Part shown: one piece after another, positions 36,145 through 49,500 of the stretch
Numbering within the stretch: position 1 is the first letter of the stretch
How the letters are laid out: each line of letters begins with the position of its first letter
NCBI GenBank assembly: GCA_973895155.1
Contig: OZ316896.1
Span: 7,199,078-7,263,077, forward strand
Reading direction: 5' to 3'
DNA length: 64,000 nucleotides
Source: Marsupella aquatica
Lineage: Eukaryota > Plantae > Marchantiophyta
Made by a program: the position numbers and the translations under genes
Notes under the pieces: generated by a model
Seen by the model: the letters and a program-made list of their open reading frames with translations, nothing else
The model's database searches: none
Told to the model about the DNA's origin: nothing

Positions 36145-39100
36145 CGTTTTGAACAAGGAATAGTAAGAAAGACGTTTTAAGTGCTATCGGAGTAACTAGG
36201 TTTTAGGAACTTAAGTAGGTAGAATAGGAAAGATAGTGGAATGGAAGGTTACTGAGTTCTAAGCAAGTGACAAGGTACAAGAAAGGTCTTTATGATGGGG
36301 CATACAACGTTCCGTCCTTATTTAGAATAGGCGACTATTCCGAGCCGGAGAAACAACCCGACACTTGAAGTCTTAGTTTTGGTTCAGATTTTTCCCATAG
36401 ATGCTAGGAGGTCCCTAGAGCACCCCTGAAAAGTTAGATGTCAAGTGGGATCTCAACCTAGGGTTTCCTTGTGTTTTGGTGCGACTTAAATTAACAAAAT
36501 AGCGGGTCCCGGGAAAAATAGATGATGAGTAAATTTAGGAGTTCCAAGTTTGGAAGTGGGTTAAATATGGTCCACTCTATCCCTGGAAACTTGTGGTAGA
36601 ACCTGGGTATCTTTGGTTACTTTTTGGGAGCATCTCAAAGTTGAGAAGAATTTTGGAAAACATAATAATTAACCCACTTTACCTAATTTTATAACATCGG
36701 TGATAAGGTTTTGTCTAGATATTAGTAAACCAGGACATAGTCCTATGTCTAGAGAATCTGTAGATCTACTTAGAAGTCATTTTGGACTCATGTGTGATTT
36801 GTGGGGGCATTCCAAAATAGCCATTCGAATCCAACAGAAAATGATGTCTGCTGCCATTCGAATCCAACAGAGAATGATGCACTTTCAGATTGAATTCAAG
36901 AGAGGAAAATGGCTGCAAAAATTGATGTCCTTATCAAATTCTTCATAAGAAACGTGAGTATAATGAAAGTACTCTCCCCTGGTGACACCTGGAATCTCCA
37001 TAAGGGGCATGTAAGGTAAGTGTAATCGGGTCGCCGCTTACACCCGCTTTACACCAAAAACAGGCCTTGGGAGAATGGGCATAACTTTGGCTAGGGGTAT
37101 CCGTTGTGGCCCAAAAAAATTTGTGCTGAGTTAGGGGAAGGTAAGGCACCCCTTGGTGAAGGTGGAAACCCAGAAAAAGAGTCACTCAAATATATTTTTA
37201 GCCGAGGCCATGAGGGGGTCCCGATAGCTTGCAAACCAAAGTCGGCATAGGGGAATGACTACCAAATTTAGGGGCTGACCTTTCTTGCACCCATACTACT
37301 TTAGTTAGGCTCTAGGGAAGGGTAATTACCTTTGTTCAAAGATGTAAGGCCATCATGTTAAGAAAAGTAAGTATAGGGGGTAGTTTAGTTTGGGTAGTTA
37401 GTAAAATAAGGTCATCTTTGACTAGGCACAACTTGAGACTCACTCACTCTTTTTGCGAGATTTCAAGTGGGTTGGGAAGCTGGTGAGGAGGACCATAAGT
37501 GGGAGCAGGTTTGGAGGTCAAATCATGCAACTCATGTGTGGCATATTCCAGGGCTTGGAAGGAGTCCAAACAATAGGTTGTAGGGTGGGCTACGAACTAT
37601 AGAGTTGGACTTTGTGTGTTAGGAGGACTTGGGGGAGGAGTAGTTGGACCCCAGGTCAAGCTTGGTGTGGTGTGGAAGGAGAATAGTATATAAGGAGTAA
37701 GTTTTCATTTGTTAGGGATCGGGAGTCTCATCTCTTAAGTGGAATCTCTACCTTGCCAAGGTAGGGCTAAGCTTGAGAAGGGAGAGGTGGTCCATGCTTA
37801 GTGTGGAGAATGTGTAGTGAACTTTTGTTATAAAGGTGATGCAATAAAAGAAGACTTGTCAATCTTCATTGTGACCATTAAGTGTGAGTGTATTTGAAGT
37901 ATATGAGAGCAAGAGAAGAGTCCATGCTATGATGTAATCTTGGTCTAAGCTTGAAGGGGATGTGCTAGTACAAAACCAAGGCCAAGGAGGCAAGGTTAAG
38001 GTAGAGCACTACTTTGAGACTTAGAAATGATTATAGCTTGAGGGTGGAAAGTATTTTTCTTGGTGTGTGGTGTTAACAAGAAGTAAGAACAAGAGGAAGA
38101 GTCCTTAGATAGAGGAGCCTTCTCTAGAGCTCAAAGGGGATGTGTGGACCCAAACCAAGGCCAGGGGGCAAGGTTGAGGGGTAACACTACTTTGAGGGTC
38201 TTGAGGAGACTTAAGCTTGAAGAGGAAAGTACTTTGGTTCTTGGGTGTTTGTGTGAGAATCTACTCTAAGGTGACAGCTTGGAGCGGAGATCCCCCTTGC
38301 TGATCCTTGGAGTAGAGGAGAGGGGAAGGGTGTGAGTACAAAAGTAGTCAAGGGGACTACCTCTCTAGAAGTGGAGAGTTGAAACTACTTATGTATGGAG
38401 TGATTAGACATTGTAGGCACATTTTAGAAGTTTTGTCAATCCTTTGTGACCCTGGTATGATATGGAGCAGGTATTAGGTAGTCTTTTGGGGAGAAAAGCC
38501 GCTTAAGCTCCTTGACAAGTGTTTGACATCCTGTCTAATCCTGATTTGGTTATAACCAGAGTATCCATCCATGAATGAGTATAGTTCATGACTAGCTACC
38601 ATGTCTAGTACCATATCAGTAAAGGGCAAGGGAAAATGGTCCTTCAACGTGGCCTCATTTAACTTCCTATAATCTTGACAAACCCGAATCTTGGGTTTAC
38701 CATCGGGTCCAGCTTTCTTGGGAACTATCACAATTGGAGACACCCAGTCTGAGTGTAGGACTGGAGTGATGAATCCGGCTTCCACTAGCTTGTTGATTTC
38801 ATCTTTGATCATCAGGGAATACTTAGGGTTCATCCTTCGAATTGGTTGTCGAAATGATTTGGCCCCTAACATGAGATCAATTTGGTGTTCTCCTAATTTT
38901 GGATCTACTCCCTTCAGGTCTTGATAGCTCCATGCAAACACATCCTAAAATTCAATCAGTAATTCACTGATTTCTTTCTCAAGCTCAGGTGCTAGGTCCC
39001 GTCCCAAGTTTAGTTCCCTTCCTTCTCCTAAGTCGAGCTTTCGATATTGCCGTGCTTGGATCATATTAATCTGCTTCTTCAAATTCGGGTCCAGCTCAGT

Positions 39101-41893
39101 TTCCAGCCTCTCTAGTCTCATACCTTCATAAACTGGAATCTTGGTTGCACTAGCCGAGTAGGTTGACTTGATTTCTTCCTTGTTATCCGCAGACTGTTCC
39201 TTTGCCGGTCTATTTGGTTTTGAATTGGTGGTCGGCTTCCCTTCCTGACTCGGCTCTGGGTTGTTTTTGTGCATCTTCTCCATCCTTGCTTCTTGGGTTT
39301 CAGGCCGTTGTGCTCTTCCGGCTTCTAGTAGGGCCTCAATTTGTTCTGCCCTCGTGATCGGCTTGTACGCCGATCCCTTGGTATTTAATTTACTGCCGAT
39401 GGTAGATGGCGTTGTGGATTCTGCCAGCTCTGCCACAACGCCTGAGGAAAATCCATTGTTTTCGGTGCCACTCCCCACTTAGCCGTTTCATCCAACTGGT
39501 CCACCTCTTGTGCTTCCTCTGGAATTGAAGCTAGAAAGGTGTTTCTTCTTCACATTCTTCCAAGTCATCCTCCATAGGTTCTTGCCATAGTCCGCTGGGG
39601 GGTACTTCTGGTCCGAAGACACTTTCTTCGGTTAGGTCAGTGAGGCATTCTAGCCAACGTACCTCATTGGCTGACTCCAATCCACTGTCGTACCCGTCTA
39701 CCTCCCTGATGCTTCTCCTATGGTCATCCTTGGTGTCCCAGGATACCGTGATAGAGGGGGTCCCAAAAGTGAACTCCTTCTTACCCCAATCCTCTATTAC
39801 CTTGGCTAGGTACAGCCATGGCCTGCCAATCAATAGTCGGAACGACGTAGGGTTTACCGGCTTCATCACTACATAGTTAATGCTAAAGAAGATACCTCCT
39901 ATCTCTGTTTTGATGCCGGTTAACACTCCCGTGGGAATGACCTGATACCCATTTGCCATGTTCAACACTCTTCCAGTCATCTCCGGTGTTAGACCCCACC
40001 CTTTTGTTGTGGAATCAATCATAATACATACCCCTCATCCTCCATTGATGGGCACCCATAGTAATATTTCTCCTTGAATCATTAATGGTAATGCTGGGGC
40101 TCCTTGATCTTCTTCTATCATCAACACATTGGATCTGGTTGCTACCTTGGGTAATCTTGGCTTGCCGAGGATGGCCTTCCTTAACTATTTCCGAAAGTAC
40201 GGGCTATTTTTCAACAGTTGACCTACTATTGCCGAGACTCTAGATTCTAGTACATCTTTAGCCACGTCATAGGGGACTATCGGCTTCTCTTCTGGCGGTG
40301 TCTCCATATTGGCTTCGGCCTGTTTTTTCACGCTAATTTCCATAGCCTTTGGATCCTCCTAAGCAAACAATGCTTTTGCTCGTTTCACATCCTTGGCTAT
40401 GGCTTTGGTATTCTCCAGGGTTTCTAATTCTCGCAATTGTTCTTTAACACTAGCCATAATAGAGGGGTAGAACAACTTAGGGTGATCTCGATTGAAGTCG
40501 CTGTCCTATGAAGGATTGGGCTCATTGGTGGGCTCATGGCTTACCTGCATTGCTGGCGCCTTTCCTTCTCCTTCCGTTGATGTTGACGAAGAGTCGATCT
40601 TCTCTTCTTTAACCTTCCCTTTATTTTTGGCCAGCCCATCCCACCTTTCCTTCCTTCTGGTGGATCGAGTAGAGACTTGGTAGCAATTTATGATCCAAAT
40701 CCTCTTCTGAGAATGTTGATAGGGCCTCGGCCTCATCATCAGATGGTCCGTTTGCCATCTGAGTTCAATATGGTTGATTTGAACTCCTCCTGGGGTAGTT
40801 CCTGGCGGCAAGACCTTGACTGGCAAGAGTTTATGATTTGCGGCTAGTCCTGCTAACCAAGTAGGACATTGTCCTAGCATGTGACCCTCCTATCGGCATC
40901 CCATACATAGCTGAGCTGGTTGTCCATCACCTTGTTTGCGGGCATTCGGGCATTCTCTAGCAAAATGGCCAGGTTGACCACAATTATAGCATGCCGCAAA
41001 TCTTTGTACATTCGGCCTAGGAGGTACTGACGGATTCTGAATAATCCGAGGATACATCTCTCCCGGATTGTTCCTTAATCCTGACCAGAGAGATGCAGGT
41101 TGGTTGGATAGGTCTCGTGCTCCAGTCTCACTGATGCCAAAAACACTATCAGCGGCATCCCCTAGAAAGTATTCTACTTCTCCTTGACACGGTCTGATCT
41201 CAGCTATATGCCGAACATGACTAGTAGTGAGTTTAGGACATGCACCTTTATGGTGTCCGGTTTTATAACATAAGGCACACCATACAAAGCTATCTTCCAG
41301 TACTACTTTCTTCTTTGGCTTTACCTCTGCTATTATAGCCTTAAGTTGATCGGTAAGAGCCACAATGTTATCTGGCATTTTAGCCTCTAGCTTGACTTTG
41401 AACTTCCCCCTCCTTCTGCCCTTCTTTTTCCTAGATTTCTCTTCTTTAGAACTAGAAGATGACTCACTCTTGCTACCTCCACTATCCGAGCTTGAGTTAT
41501 CACTTCTTGACTTCTTAGAATGTTTCTTTTTCTTATCTTTTTTCTTATGGGGTGATCCTTCCTCCGATGAGGAACTCTCAGATTTGAGCTATTTCTTTCG
41601 GCTTGTGATATCTGCATTAATATACAATTGAATATCTCTAATTGCCTCGGCTAAAGTCTCTGGGTTCTCCTTCCTAATTGCAAAGCTTATCTTTTGTGGC
41701 AAAGCATTCACCAACCATTGAAGTTGCATACCTTCAGATGCATTGGTCTTTGTACATCTTACCAGCTTTTGGAAGCGTTGCAAGAACTTCCTGAAGGATT
41801 TGTTCTCCTTGAACCAAAGTCGTCCCAACTTTAACACTGCTAGCTCTGAGGTTCCAATGGGTCAAAACTCCTTGACAAATAGTGTTTTGAAGG

Positions 41894-44800
41894 TGTGGTG
41901 CGTCCCATGGCTCCCTAAACCCAAGAAACCCCCCAGCTCAAGCCGATTCCCGCAGGTTTTGCGCTTGGCAAGGCCGTTTCCGCAGCTTAGCGGCATGGGA
42001 CGCTGCTAACCTTCTACTACTACTATTAACACTTTACACACATATACTGGACAGATCCTTCATCGGGTCATGAGATACGTAGCCGGCCTAATCTAGGCCT
42101 TCCCTTGTCTTCCCCTCTGTCTTGTTAGGTATATTTGGATTCCGCCGCCGGAATGATCCCCAATAGGCTTGGTTAAGCCGCTAAGACCTCTCTCAGCTCG
42201 ACACATCCAACTCTCACTTGCTACTTCCCTTCATTGATGTGGGCACTCTTCACACAAGTTAATGCGACACACAAATAGCAAAATGACTCCTCTGACTGAG
42301 TCATACCATGCACTTGCCATACAAACAGTACATCTCATACACAAGCTCTGTGAACTAAGCCGTGAGGCCAACTCTATTCAGCTCTTAGGCATGAGGAAAC
42401 ATGAATATACACAAGGGTCACTGTATGACTAACCGAGAGCTTCTCTTACTACTTGATCCCAGCCCGGCTGGTGCAAACTAAAAACTTGCTAAAGAAGAGG
42501 CCCTGAGCTCCCCGCTGCCCAGGTACTTATCCTGGTAGTGGATCCGCCTAATTCTTTGCAGCGTAAGCCTAATCTACCTAACAGTAATCTACTTGCCCGG
42601 ATCTACCTATGTACAGCAAGGCAGGAGCACAAGTGTTGCTCCTACCAATGGAACCGCAATCCCACTAAGCTAAGTGTCAGGGCCGCTCCTGGTCCTGATC
42701 CTAATCCTAAGCTTGGAGATCAGCGCCCGCCCTGCCCACTCACGCCTCCTCCCTCCACGTTCGCCCTTCCTAAAAGGAACGGCGCCCTTGCACCATCACG
42801 ACACCGGTGGTGGATCCTCAATGGACGCCCCCAACGCTTCCTCCTCAGCCACTGCCGTAGGTCCGTTTTCTGACAGATTACCTGGCCTTGACTGAGTCAA
42901 CTCTCCATCGGCCTGACTGGGTCCACCATCGGTGTCGGCATCGGCTCGGGAATCATTATCGGCTACGGCCTCAGCCTCGGCTACGGTCTCCCCGGCCTGC
43001 TCAAGAGGCGGATCTGGGATACCGGCCTCATTACTGAGTAGTTCTGCTTGGGCCGCACCATCCCCACCTTTGATGATAGCGGGATCTATTGCCGTGTTCA
43101 TGCCGGAGGTTGGTGCTGGGTCTACCTCCTTGGTCACCACGGCCTGTGGAGTCGGATTACTCCTTGACCCTGAAGGTTTCCGCTTCTTCTTCTTTTCTGG
43201 TTCGGCAGCTGGTCCCTTCCCCTTCCCACTTACTTCCGGCACTGGTGCAGGTGGCGCGGCTTTTTCTTCGGCCAGTACCACTCCTGGTAACTTGGTTGCC
43301 CCAATTGGAGTTGGGCCTGATGAAGACAAGCACTTAAATACTGCGGCTTGTTTCTTCAGCCGCTCCGTTTGGTTGTCGGCCCGCCGCTGGAGGTTCTCCA
43401 TCTTCCTCGTGATTTCCTCCAACTCCTCCTGGGTCTCATCCAGGTCCTTGCGCGCCTCCTCTAGTTCCTTCTGGGCTTCCTCCCGTTCTTTCTTCAAGGT
43501 AGCCCTCTCCTCCCGGGTTGCTCTTAGCTCTTTGTCGAGTTCTGCAATGATGACAGACTCCATCTGATTCATCTTGGCATAAGTCTGATCGAGCATCTCG
43601 TCCTTCTCCCTTAGGTCGGCCTTGAAGCTGGCCATCAGGGACGCAAGCTCCTGCTGCAGCGCCATAATCCCTTGATAGGATTTTCCTAACTCGGCCTCCT
43701 TCTGCTCAAGGGCTCCGCGGATTTTCTCGAGCTCCCCTTTCAACGCCCATTCCTTTCTTTGGGTCTCCGCCATGGCCCGGCTATTGGCTGTTATGTGGGC
43801 CTCCTCTGCATTCCTCAGCTCTTGCTTCCACTTCTCCCTCTCTTTGATCGTATCGGCCAACTCTCCCTGCGTCTGAGTCAGTTTATCCTTGATATTCTGA
43901 TTATCAGCCTGCGCGGTGTCCAACTGCCCCTGCATGATGTTCAGCTCATGCCGTTTAATCCGCAGTTCATCTTGGGCTTTCTTGGCCGCCCTTAGATCTT
44001 CAATCTCGGCTTCCATCCTCCTAAGCCGCCGAATGACCTCGTCCTTCTTGCTTCTCTCTAAAGCCACCGCTTCTTCTAATTGGTGCTTCTCCAACTGCTC
44101 CCTATGGAAAAAGGGTCCTACCTCCAACTCCTCTCCAAAGATGCCGAGCGCAAGTTCCCCACACATCTCACCATACTCCATGGCTCTATTCTTAGCGTAG
44201 GTGGAGTAAGTAGAAGTGATCGGCATCGCCCATCGCGGCCTCTGCTCCCAAGCCGTCTTGCGGATCTCTTCAATCATGGCTAGAGGTTTGCTTCCTTTTT
44301 CGGCTAGCCACCTGATGTCCTCCGGCCAATCTCCTCCTGGTAAATCCTTTTCCCTAGCCAGGGCTGCCTCCTCTTTTTGCCTGATTCGCTCCTGAAATTC
44401 CTGCGCCGTCTGTTTTATGCCGTCAAAGCTCGGGGGAGCAACATCTGGTGGGGGAGACTCAGGGCTACTCTGCTGGTTGGGGTCCCCTCGTACTACCCTT
44501 GGAAGTGTGGGGACAAACCGGCCACAGGTCCTTACTCCTGGAACATGATGGTCTGACCCATAGCCGGAGTTATCATGGCTGAAGTCCTCCACTGCCTCCT
44601 CTACTTCTTGGACGTCCGGCTTCTCCCTCTCCTCTTCGTCGGTAGGAGCTTCAGGCAATTCTGCCTCAGATTCAGAGCTTGAGACTCCCACATACATTCG
44701 AACTCCTGGCTTGGATTCCGGCCTGATTCTCTCCTTGTCTCTAGCAAAGGGTTTTTCTCTTGTAAGCCGGTGTAAGCCTACCTCTGGAGTAGTGTCCTGC

Positions 44801-46552
44801 ATTGTTGTCGTTGCCGTTGTCGTTGCCAATGCCGATCTCTTTTCTTTCTCCAGTAGTTTCAGCAGACTCTGCATGCCTGGTTTCTGCATCGGCAAGTCCT
44901 CCTTCCTTGGTCTAAACACCTGCTCGATCGTAGGGCTAACAGGTGGTTGAGGCTTCTCTGCTATCGGCCTCGGTGCTGGAGCTTCCTCGGGTGCCCTTAC
45001 CTGCAAGGGAAGTACTGGGGCAAAAGTCTAACCTCTGGCATACCGGCACAACAGCGGCATGTGATAGCCAAGCCGCGACACGCTCCCCATGCCGATTACT
45101 TGCTGCTCCTCTTTTAAGATCTTCTTCAATTGGTTGAGGAGGTACCCGTTGTAGTCCCGGCTTGGGTCTGGCCTCTCTGCCAGATAGACCTGTGCCTTGC
45201 CGATCTCTGCCCTCGGCAAGTTACAATGCATGGTCACCCTCAAGAAGTCGATCATCTCTCCTATGTGCGGGTTGGTGCAGGTGTTCCGGAAGAAGCCATT
45301 CTTCATTGATGGCCCGGGGAACGACCGGAACTCCTTGTCAGGCAAGGTCTTCCTGGTATCAACTTTGGTCTTATTGCCTATCGGCAAGCCAAACACCTCG
45401 GCAATCACCTTGGGAGTAAGATAGAAATCCTTCCCATATATCCTCGTGCAATTGGTCTCGGGTTCCCATGACCCCACGAATTCTAATAGGTCTGAATCCG
45501 GCACCTTCGGCTTCAGCCATGGTAATCTTACAAAGGCCTCTAAGCCGGATCCGACCATAAAGCCTTGGTACTTCTTGGTCTGCATGGCCGTAAAGCATGC
45601 ATCCTCCTCCCGTGCAAAATGTAGTTGCACCTCTACTGGTAGGGTTGCCGCCCAGCCCTTCCAGGTGTCATCCCTGGTTGGAATGGCCTTGATGGGATCA
45701 ACCTCCTCCTCTTCGGCTTCTCCCTGCCTCCTGCTCTGCTGCTCGGCTGGCTTCTTTGGTGCCGCCGACCTCGTTCTTTTTGCCGGGGTGGCTTCATCGT
45801 TGACGGCTCCCTTCCTCTTCATCTCTGCTGCCGTGGAGGTTTCTCCTAACACCGTTGCCTGGGTCCACCTTTCCGTGCTACCCTTCAATTCCCAGTGTAT
45901 GTCGTTGCAGTTCTTGATGGCCTCTTGGATGCCGACGACGCTGTCTTTGCAAAACAGAAGATCGTCGAGCTGATTGGAAGTAGGAGTCCACAAGAACTCG
46001 TCCTTGATGAGTTCACCTCCTAAGAAAGCCGTCTTCTGCAGCTCCCACAATCGAGCGAGCTCCTGCCGTTCTCGAGCTGCCCTTTCTGATTCCTTGTCCT
46101 CGTAAGTCTTGATGTACTCAGTTGCCCGTTCGAACAGGCATCCCCAGAAATGTGCCGCTTGATTGACGTTGCTCATACCCTCCTTAGGTCGATCGTCGGT
46201 ATCTATTCTCTCCCCGAGTGCTTGCCTAAGCAGCTGATAGTAGTTGGCCTCCCGTAGTTGTCTGCCTAGTTCGTGCTCGCAAATGAGCCACCATCTCCTA
46301 CAAGCGCTCCTTACCCCTCTCCTCTTCCGGTCCTTCCTCCCGTTGATCCTTCCTAGCTGCCGACGCTTAGCGCGCCCTAACCCTAATCGAGTTTTCACCC
46401 CCAGCGTCCTTACCTCCGGCCTCGGCCCGGGTTCCATAGTTGTCCCTAATTGTTTATATTTTCCTTGTTTTGTCCCTATACTAAGGTGTTTCTAGGGTGC
46501 CTTCTTGCTTTACCCACTTAACTGGCCGAGTGATTCCTGTCTAGGCATCACA
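41894..46552 (-). mobile_element. Family B gene-containing solo LTR (4659 bp) inserted in the gag of its own family
   Basis: TG...CA ends, perfect TSD gaagg (41889-41893 and 46553-46557); B3 gag is continuous when it is removed. Confidence 0.95.
42796..46437 (-). pseudogene. Family B LTR-encoded protein, nearly intact (single in-frame TAG at 45030-45028)
   Basis: ORFs 45028-46437 and 42796-45006 are in the same frame. Confidence 0.9.
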
Positions 46553-47046
46553 GAAGGAATGCCAGATGGCTTGATCTTCCACATTCAATGCTCTATACCA
46601 AGGCCTAGCCTCACCCTTGAACAGGTCGGGAAGAATTTTCATCTTAATGGCTGATTCTCCATTTGCTGCAGCGGTTCCTTCAAAGTCATCCAACCATTTG
46701 TCTGGATCCTCATCTCCTCTCCCATGAAATGCCTTGTAATGAATGCGCAACCGTTGGCACAGTCTGGTTCCTGGCCTCTCTTCTGGCCGTGCCTCCGGTT
46801 CCCCCATGTCGGTTGGGGACTCAATTCTCCTTACCGACTCTTCTTCTGGTATTTCTTCTTCGATGCCACTTTTAGTTACGAAGCTACTAGCTCTTTCTGC
46901 CCCTCTCAGTCACTGTGTATTATGCCACCCGGCAAGCTGTTGCAGACGAGCTCTCTCCCGTTGAATCGCTCTTTCCTCCCTTGGCGTAGGTTCAGTCATT
47001 ACCTACGCTTCCTTCCTAACTTCATATCTCATGGCTTAAGAAATGC

Positions 47047-47064
47047 CCCCTCCATCTAGTGCCA
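47047..47064 (-). other. Primer-binding site of B3 (probably tRNA-Asn)
   Basis: TGGCACTAGATGGAGGGG 4 nt after the LTR end; near-complementary to the plant tRNA-Asn(GUU) 3' end as recalled, not checked. Confidence 0.7.
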
Positions 47065-48070
47065 AAAATGTGGTGCGTCCCATGGCTCCCTAAACCCAAG
47101 AAACCCCCTTGCACAAGCCAATTCCCGCAGGTTTTGCGGCTTAGCGGCATGGGACGCTGCTAACCTCCTTCCACTAACATTTTACACACATATACTGGAC
47201 AGATCCTTCATCGAGTCATGAGATACGTAGCCGGCCTCTACTATGTCTTCCCTTGGTCTCCTCTCTTGGTCTTCCTTTAGGTATGTTTGGATTCCGCCAC
47301 TAGAATGATCCCCAACTGGCTTGGGTAAGCCGCTAAGACCTCTCTCAGCTCAACACATCCAACTCTTACTACCTTGCTTACTCCCTTCTCTTGGTTGATG
47401 TAGTTTGTTATGAAGAACCAAAAACACACTTAAAGGTCTTCAAACTCGGTATTCGTTCCCGTAAAGAACAAGATGGGGTTGGTTTGATAGATTTAAACAT
47501 CAATAATAAATTTAAAATGTTTTCCACACATAGTAATCAAATTTGATTACTTTACTAAGGTATTTTGAAGATCGCTCCACAGCGGTGAGTAGTTTTCAAT
47601 GTTAACTCAGCATCATGTAAACATAAATTAATGAAAAGGAAATGATTAAAAAAATACACCAAAAATATCTTAAAGTATGTTAAGGGAGTCTGGAATTGAC
47701 CAAGGTTTCTCCTTAGACATAAGTCAAAATGAAAAGACTTAAAGATTCGAATCCATATTGCTTTTCAAGTCTAAAATGCTTACTAGAGTACTTTTTTAAA
47801 GTGCCGTCAACACGTCTTGTCTTTTCTTTCTAAGTGGTACTCAAACAAGATCTAAAAGGTAGCTACTTCAATATTTAGATGGTACTAAGCAACATGAAAG
47901 AAAATCCATCGATTTCAATGAGACTTAAACTCAATGAGTTAACTCTAAGAACTCAAGAGATTGCAATGAGTCACCAACAAGGAATTTGTCATTACAACTC
48001 AAAAGATTTGCACAAAAGGAATTTTACTTCTTGTGTTATTAATCAGAGATAGAAACACAAGATCCTCATC

Positions 48071-49500
48071 GTCCGGATCCTCATCTCCTCTTCCATGAAA
48101 GGCCTTATAATGAATACGCGACCGTTGGCTCCGTTGGTCCCTGGCCTCTCATCTGGCCGTGCCTCTGGTTCCCCCATGTTGGTTGGGGACTCACTTCTCC
48201 TTACCGACCCTTCTTCTGGTATATCTTCTTCGATGCCACTTTCAGTTACGGAGCTACTAGCTCTTTCTGCCCCTCTCAGTTGCTGTGTATCATGCCACCC
48301 GGCAAGCTGCTGCAGACGAGCTCTCTCCCGTTCAATCGCTCTTTCCTCTCTCGGCGTAGGTTCAGTCATTACCCATGCTTCCTTCCTAACTTCATATCTC
48401 ATGGCTTAAGAAATGCCCCCTCCATCTAGCGCCAAAAATGTGGTGCGTCCCATGGCTCCCCAAACCCAAGAAACCCCCCAGCACAAGCCGATTCCCGCAG
48501 GTTTTGTCCTCGGTGAGGCCATTTCCGCAGCTTAGCGGCATGGGATGCTGCAAATCTCCTCTACTACTACTATTAACATTTTACACACATATACTGGACA
48601 GATCCTTCATCGGGTCATGAGATACTTAGTCGGCCTATTCTAGGCCCTCCCTTGTATTCCTCTCCTGGTCTCCCATTAGGTATGTTTGGATTCTGCCGCC
48701 GGAATGATCCCCAATTGGCTTGGTTAAGCCGCTAAGACCTCTCTCAGCTCAACACATCCATCTCTCACTCCCTTGCTACTTCCCTTCATTGATGTGGGCA
48801 CTCTTCACACAAGTTAATGCGACACACAGATAGCAAAATGACTCCTTCTGACTGAGTTATACCATCACTTGCCATACAAACAGTACATCTCATACACAAG
48901 CTCTACGAACTAAGCCGTGAGGCCAACTCTATTCAGTTCTTAGGCATGAGGAAACATGAATATACACAAGGGTCACTGTATAACTAACCGAGAGCTTCTC
49001 TTACTACTAGATCCCAACCCTGCTGGTGCAACTAAAAACTTGTTTAAAGAAGAGGCCCTGAACTCCCCGCAGCCCAGGTACTTATCCAAGTTGTGGATCC
49101 GCCTGATTCCTTGCAGCGTAAGCCTAATCTACTTACTATAATCTACCTAACTGTAATCTCCCTATGTACAGCGAGGCAGGAGCACAAGTGTCGCCCTCAC
49201 TCGTGGATCCGCAATCCCACTGATCTAAGTGTCAGGGTCATATCCTGGTCCTGATCCTTAGTCTAAACTTGGAGATCAGCGCCCGCCCTGCCCACTCACG
49301 CCTCCTACCTCCACGTCTACCCTCCCTAAAAGGGACGGCTCCCTTACACCGTCACGACCCTGGTGGCTGGTCCTCAATGGACGCCCCCAACGCTTCCTCC
49401 GCAACCACTGTCGTTGGTCCGTCCTCTGACAGATTACCTGCCCCGGACCGAGTTAACTCTTCATTGGCCTGACTGGGTCCACCCTCGGCTTTGGCCTCAG
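48071..49500 (-). mobile_element. Copy B4: truncated 5' LTR (48439-49500), PBS (48417-48434) and start of gag (ATG 48402)
   Basis: PBS TGGCGCTAGATGGAGGGG; this 5' LTR still includes the C-terminal end of the LTR ORF at ~49352-49500. Confidence 0.9.

Larger units (their letters stand above)
32092..38528 (+). mobile_element. Family D solo LTR (~2.4 kb) inserted in the B3 RT, itself interrupted by C2
   Basis: TGTGGAATGG...GTTTGACA, TSD tccta/tcctg (one mismatch), reverse complement of the LTR at 54592-57774. Confidence 0.88.
31485..47390 (-). mobile_element. Copy B3: truncated 5' LTR (47069-~47390), PBS, gag-PR-RT-partial RNase H; carries nested D, C and B solo LTRs
   Basis: gag 47032-46553 and 41893-40500; protease and RT 40100-38529; RT/RNase H 32091-31485; all colinear with B1/B2. 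Confidence 0.9.

Noticed and set aside
40082-40093. taatggtaatg as another LINE micro-insertion
   Set aside because: Present in B1 at the same position (~4899-4910) as normal protease-region coding sequence.
47400-48060. AT-rich stretch between B3 and B4
   Set aside because: No ORF, repeat or terminal structure that I can support.
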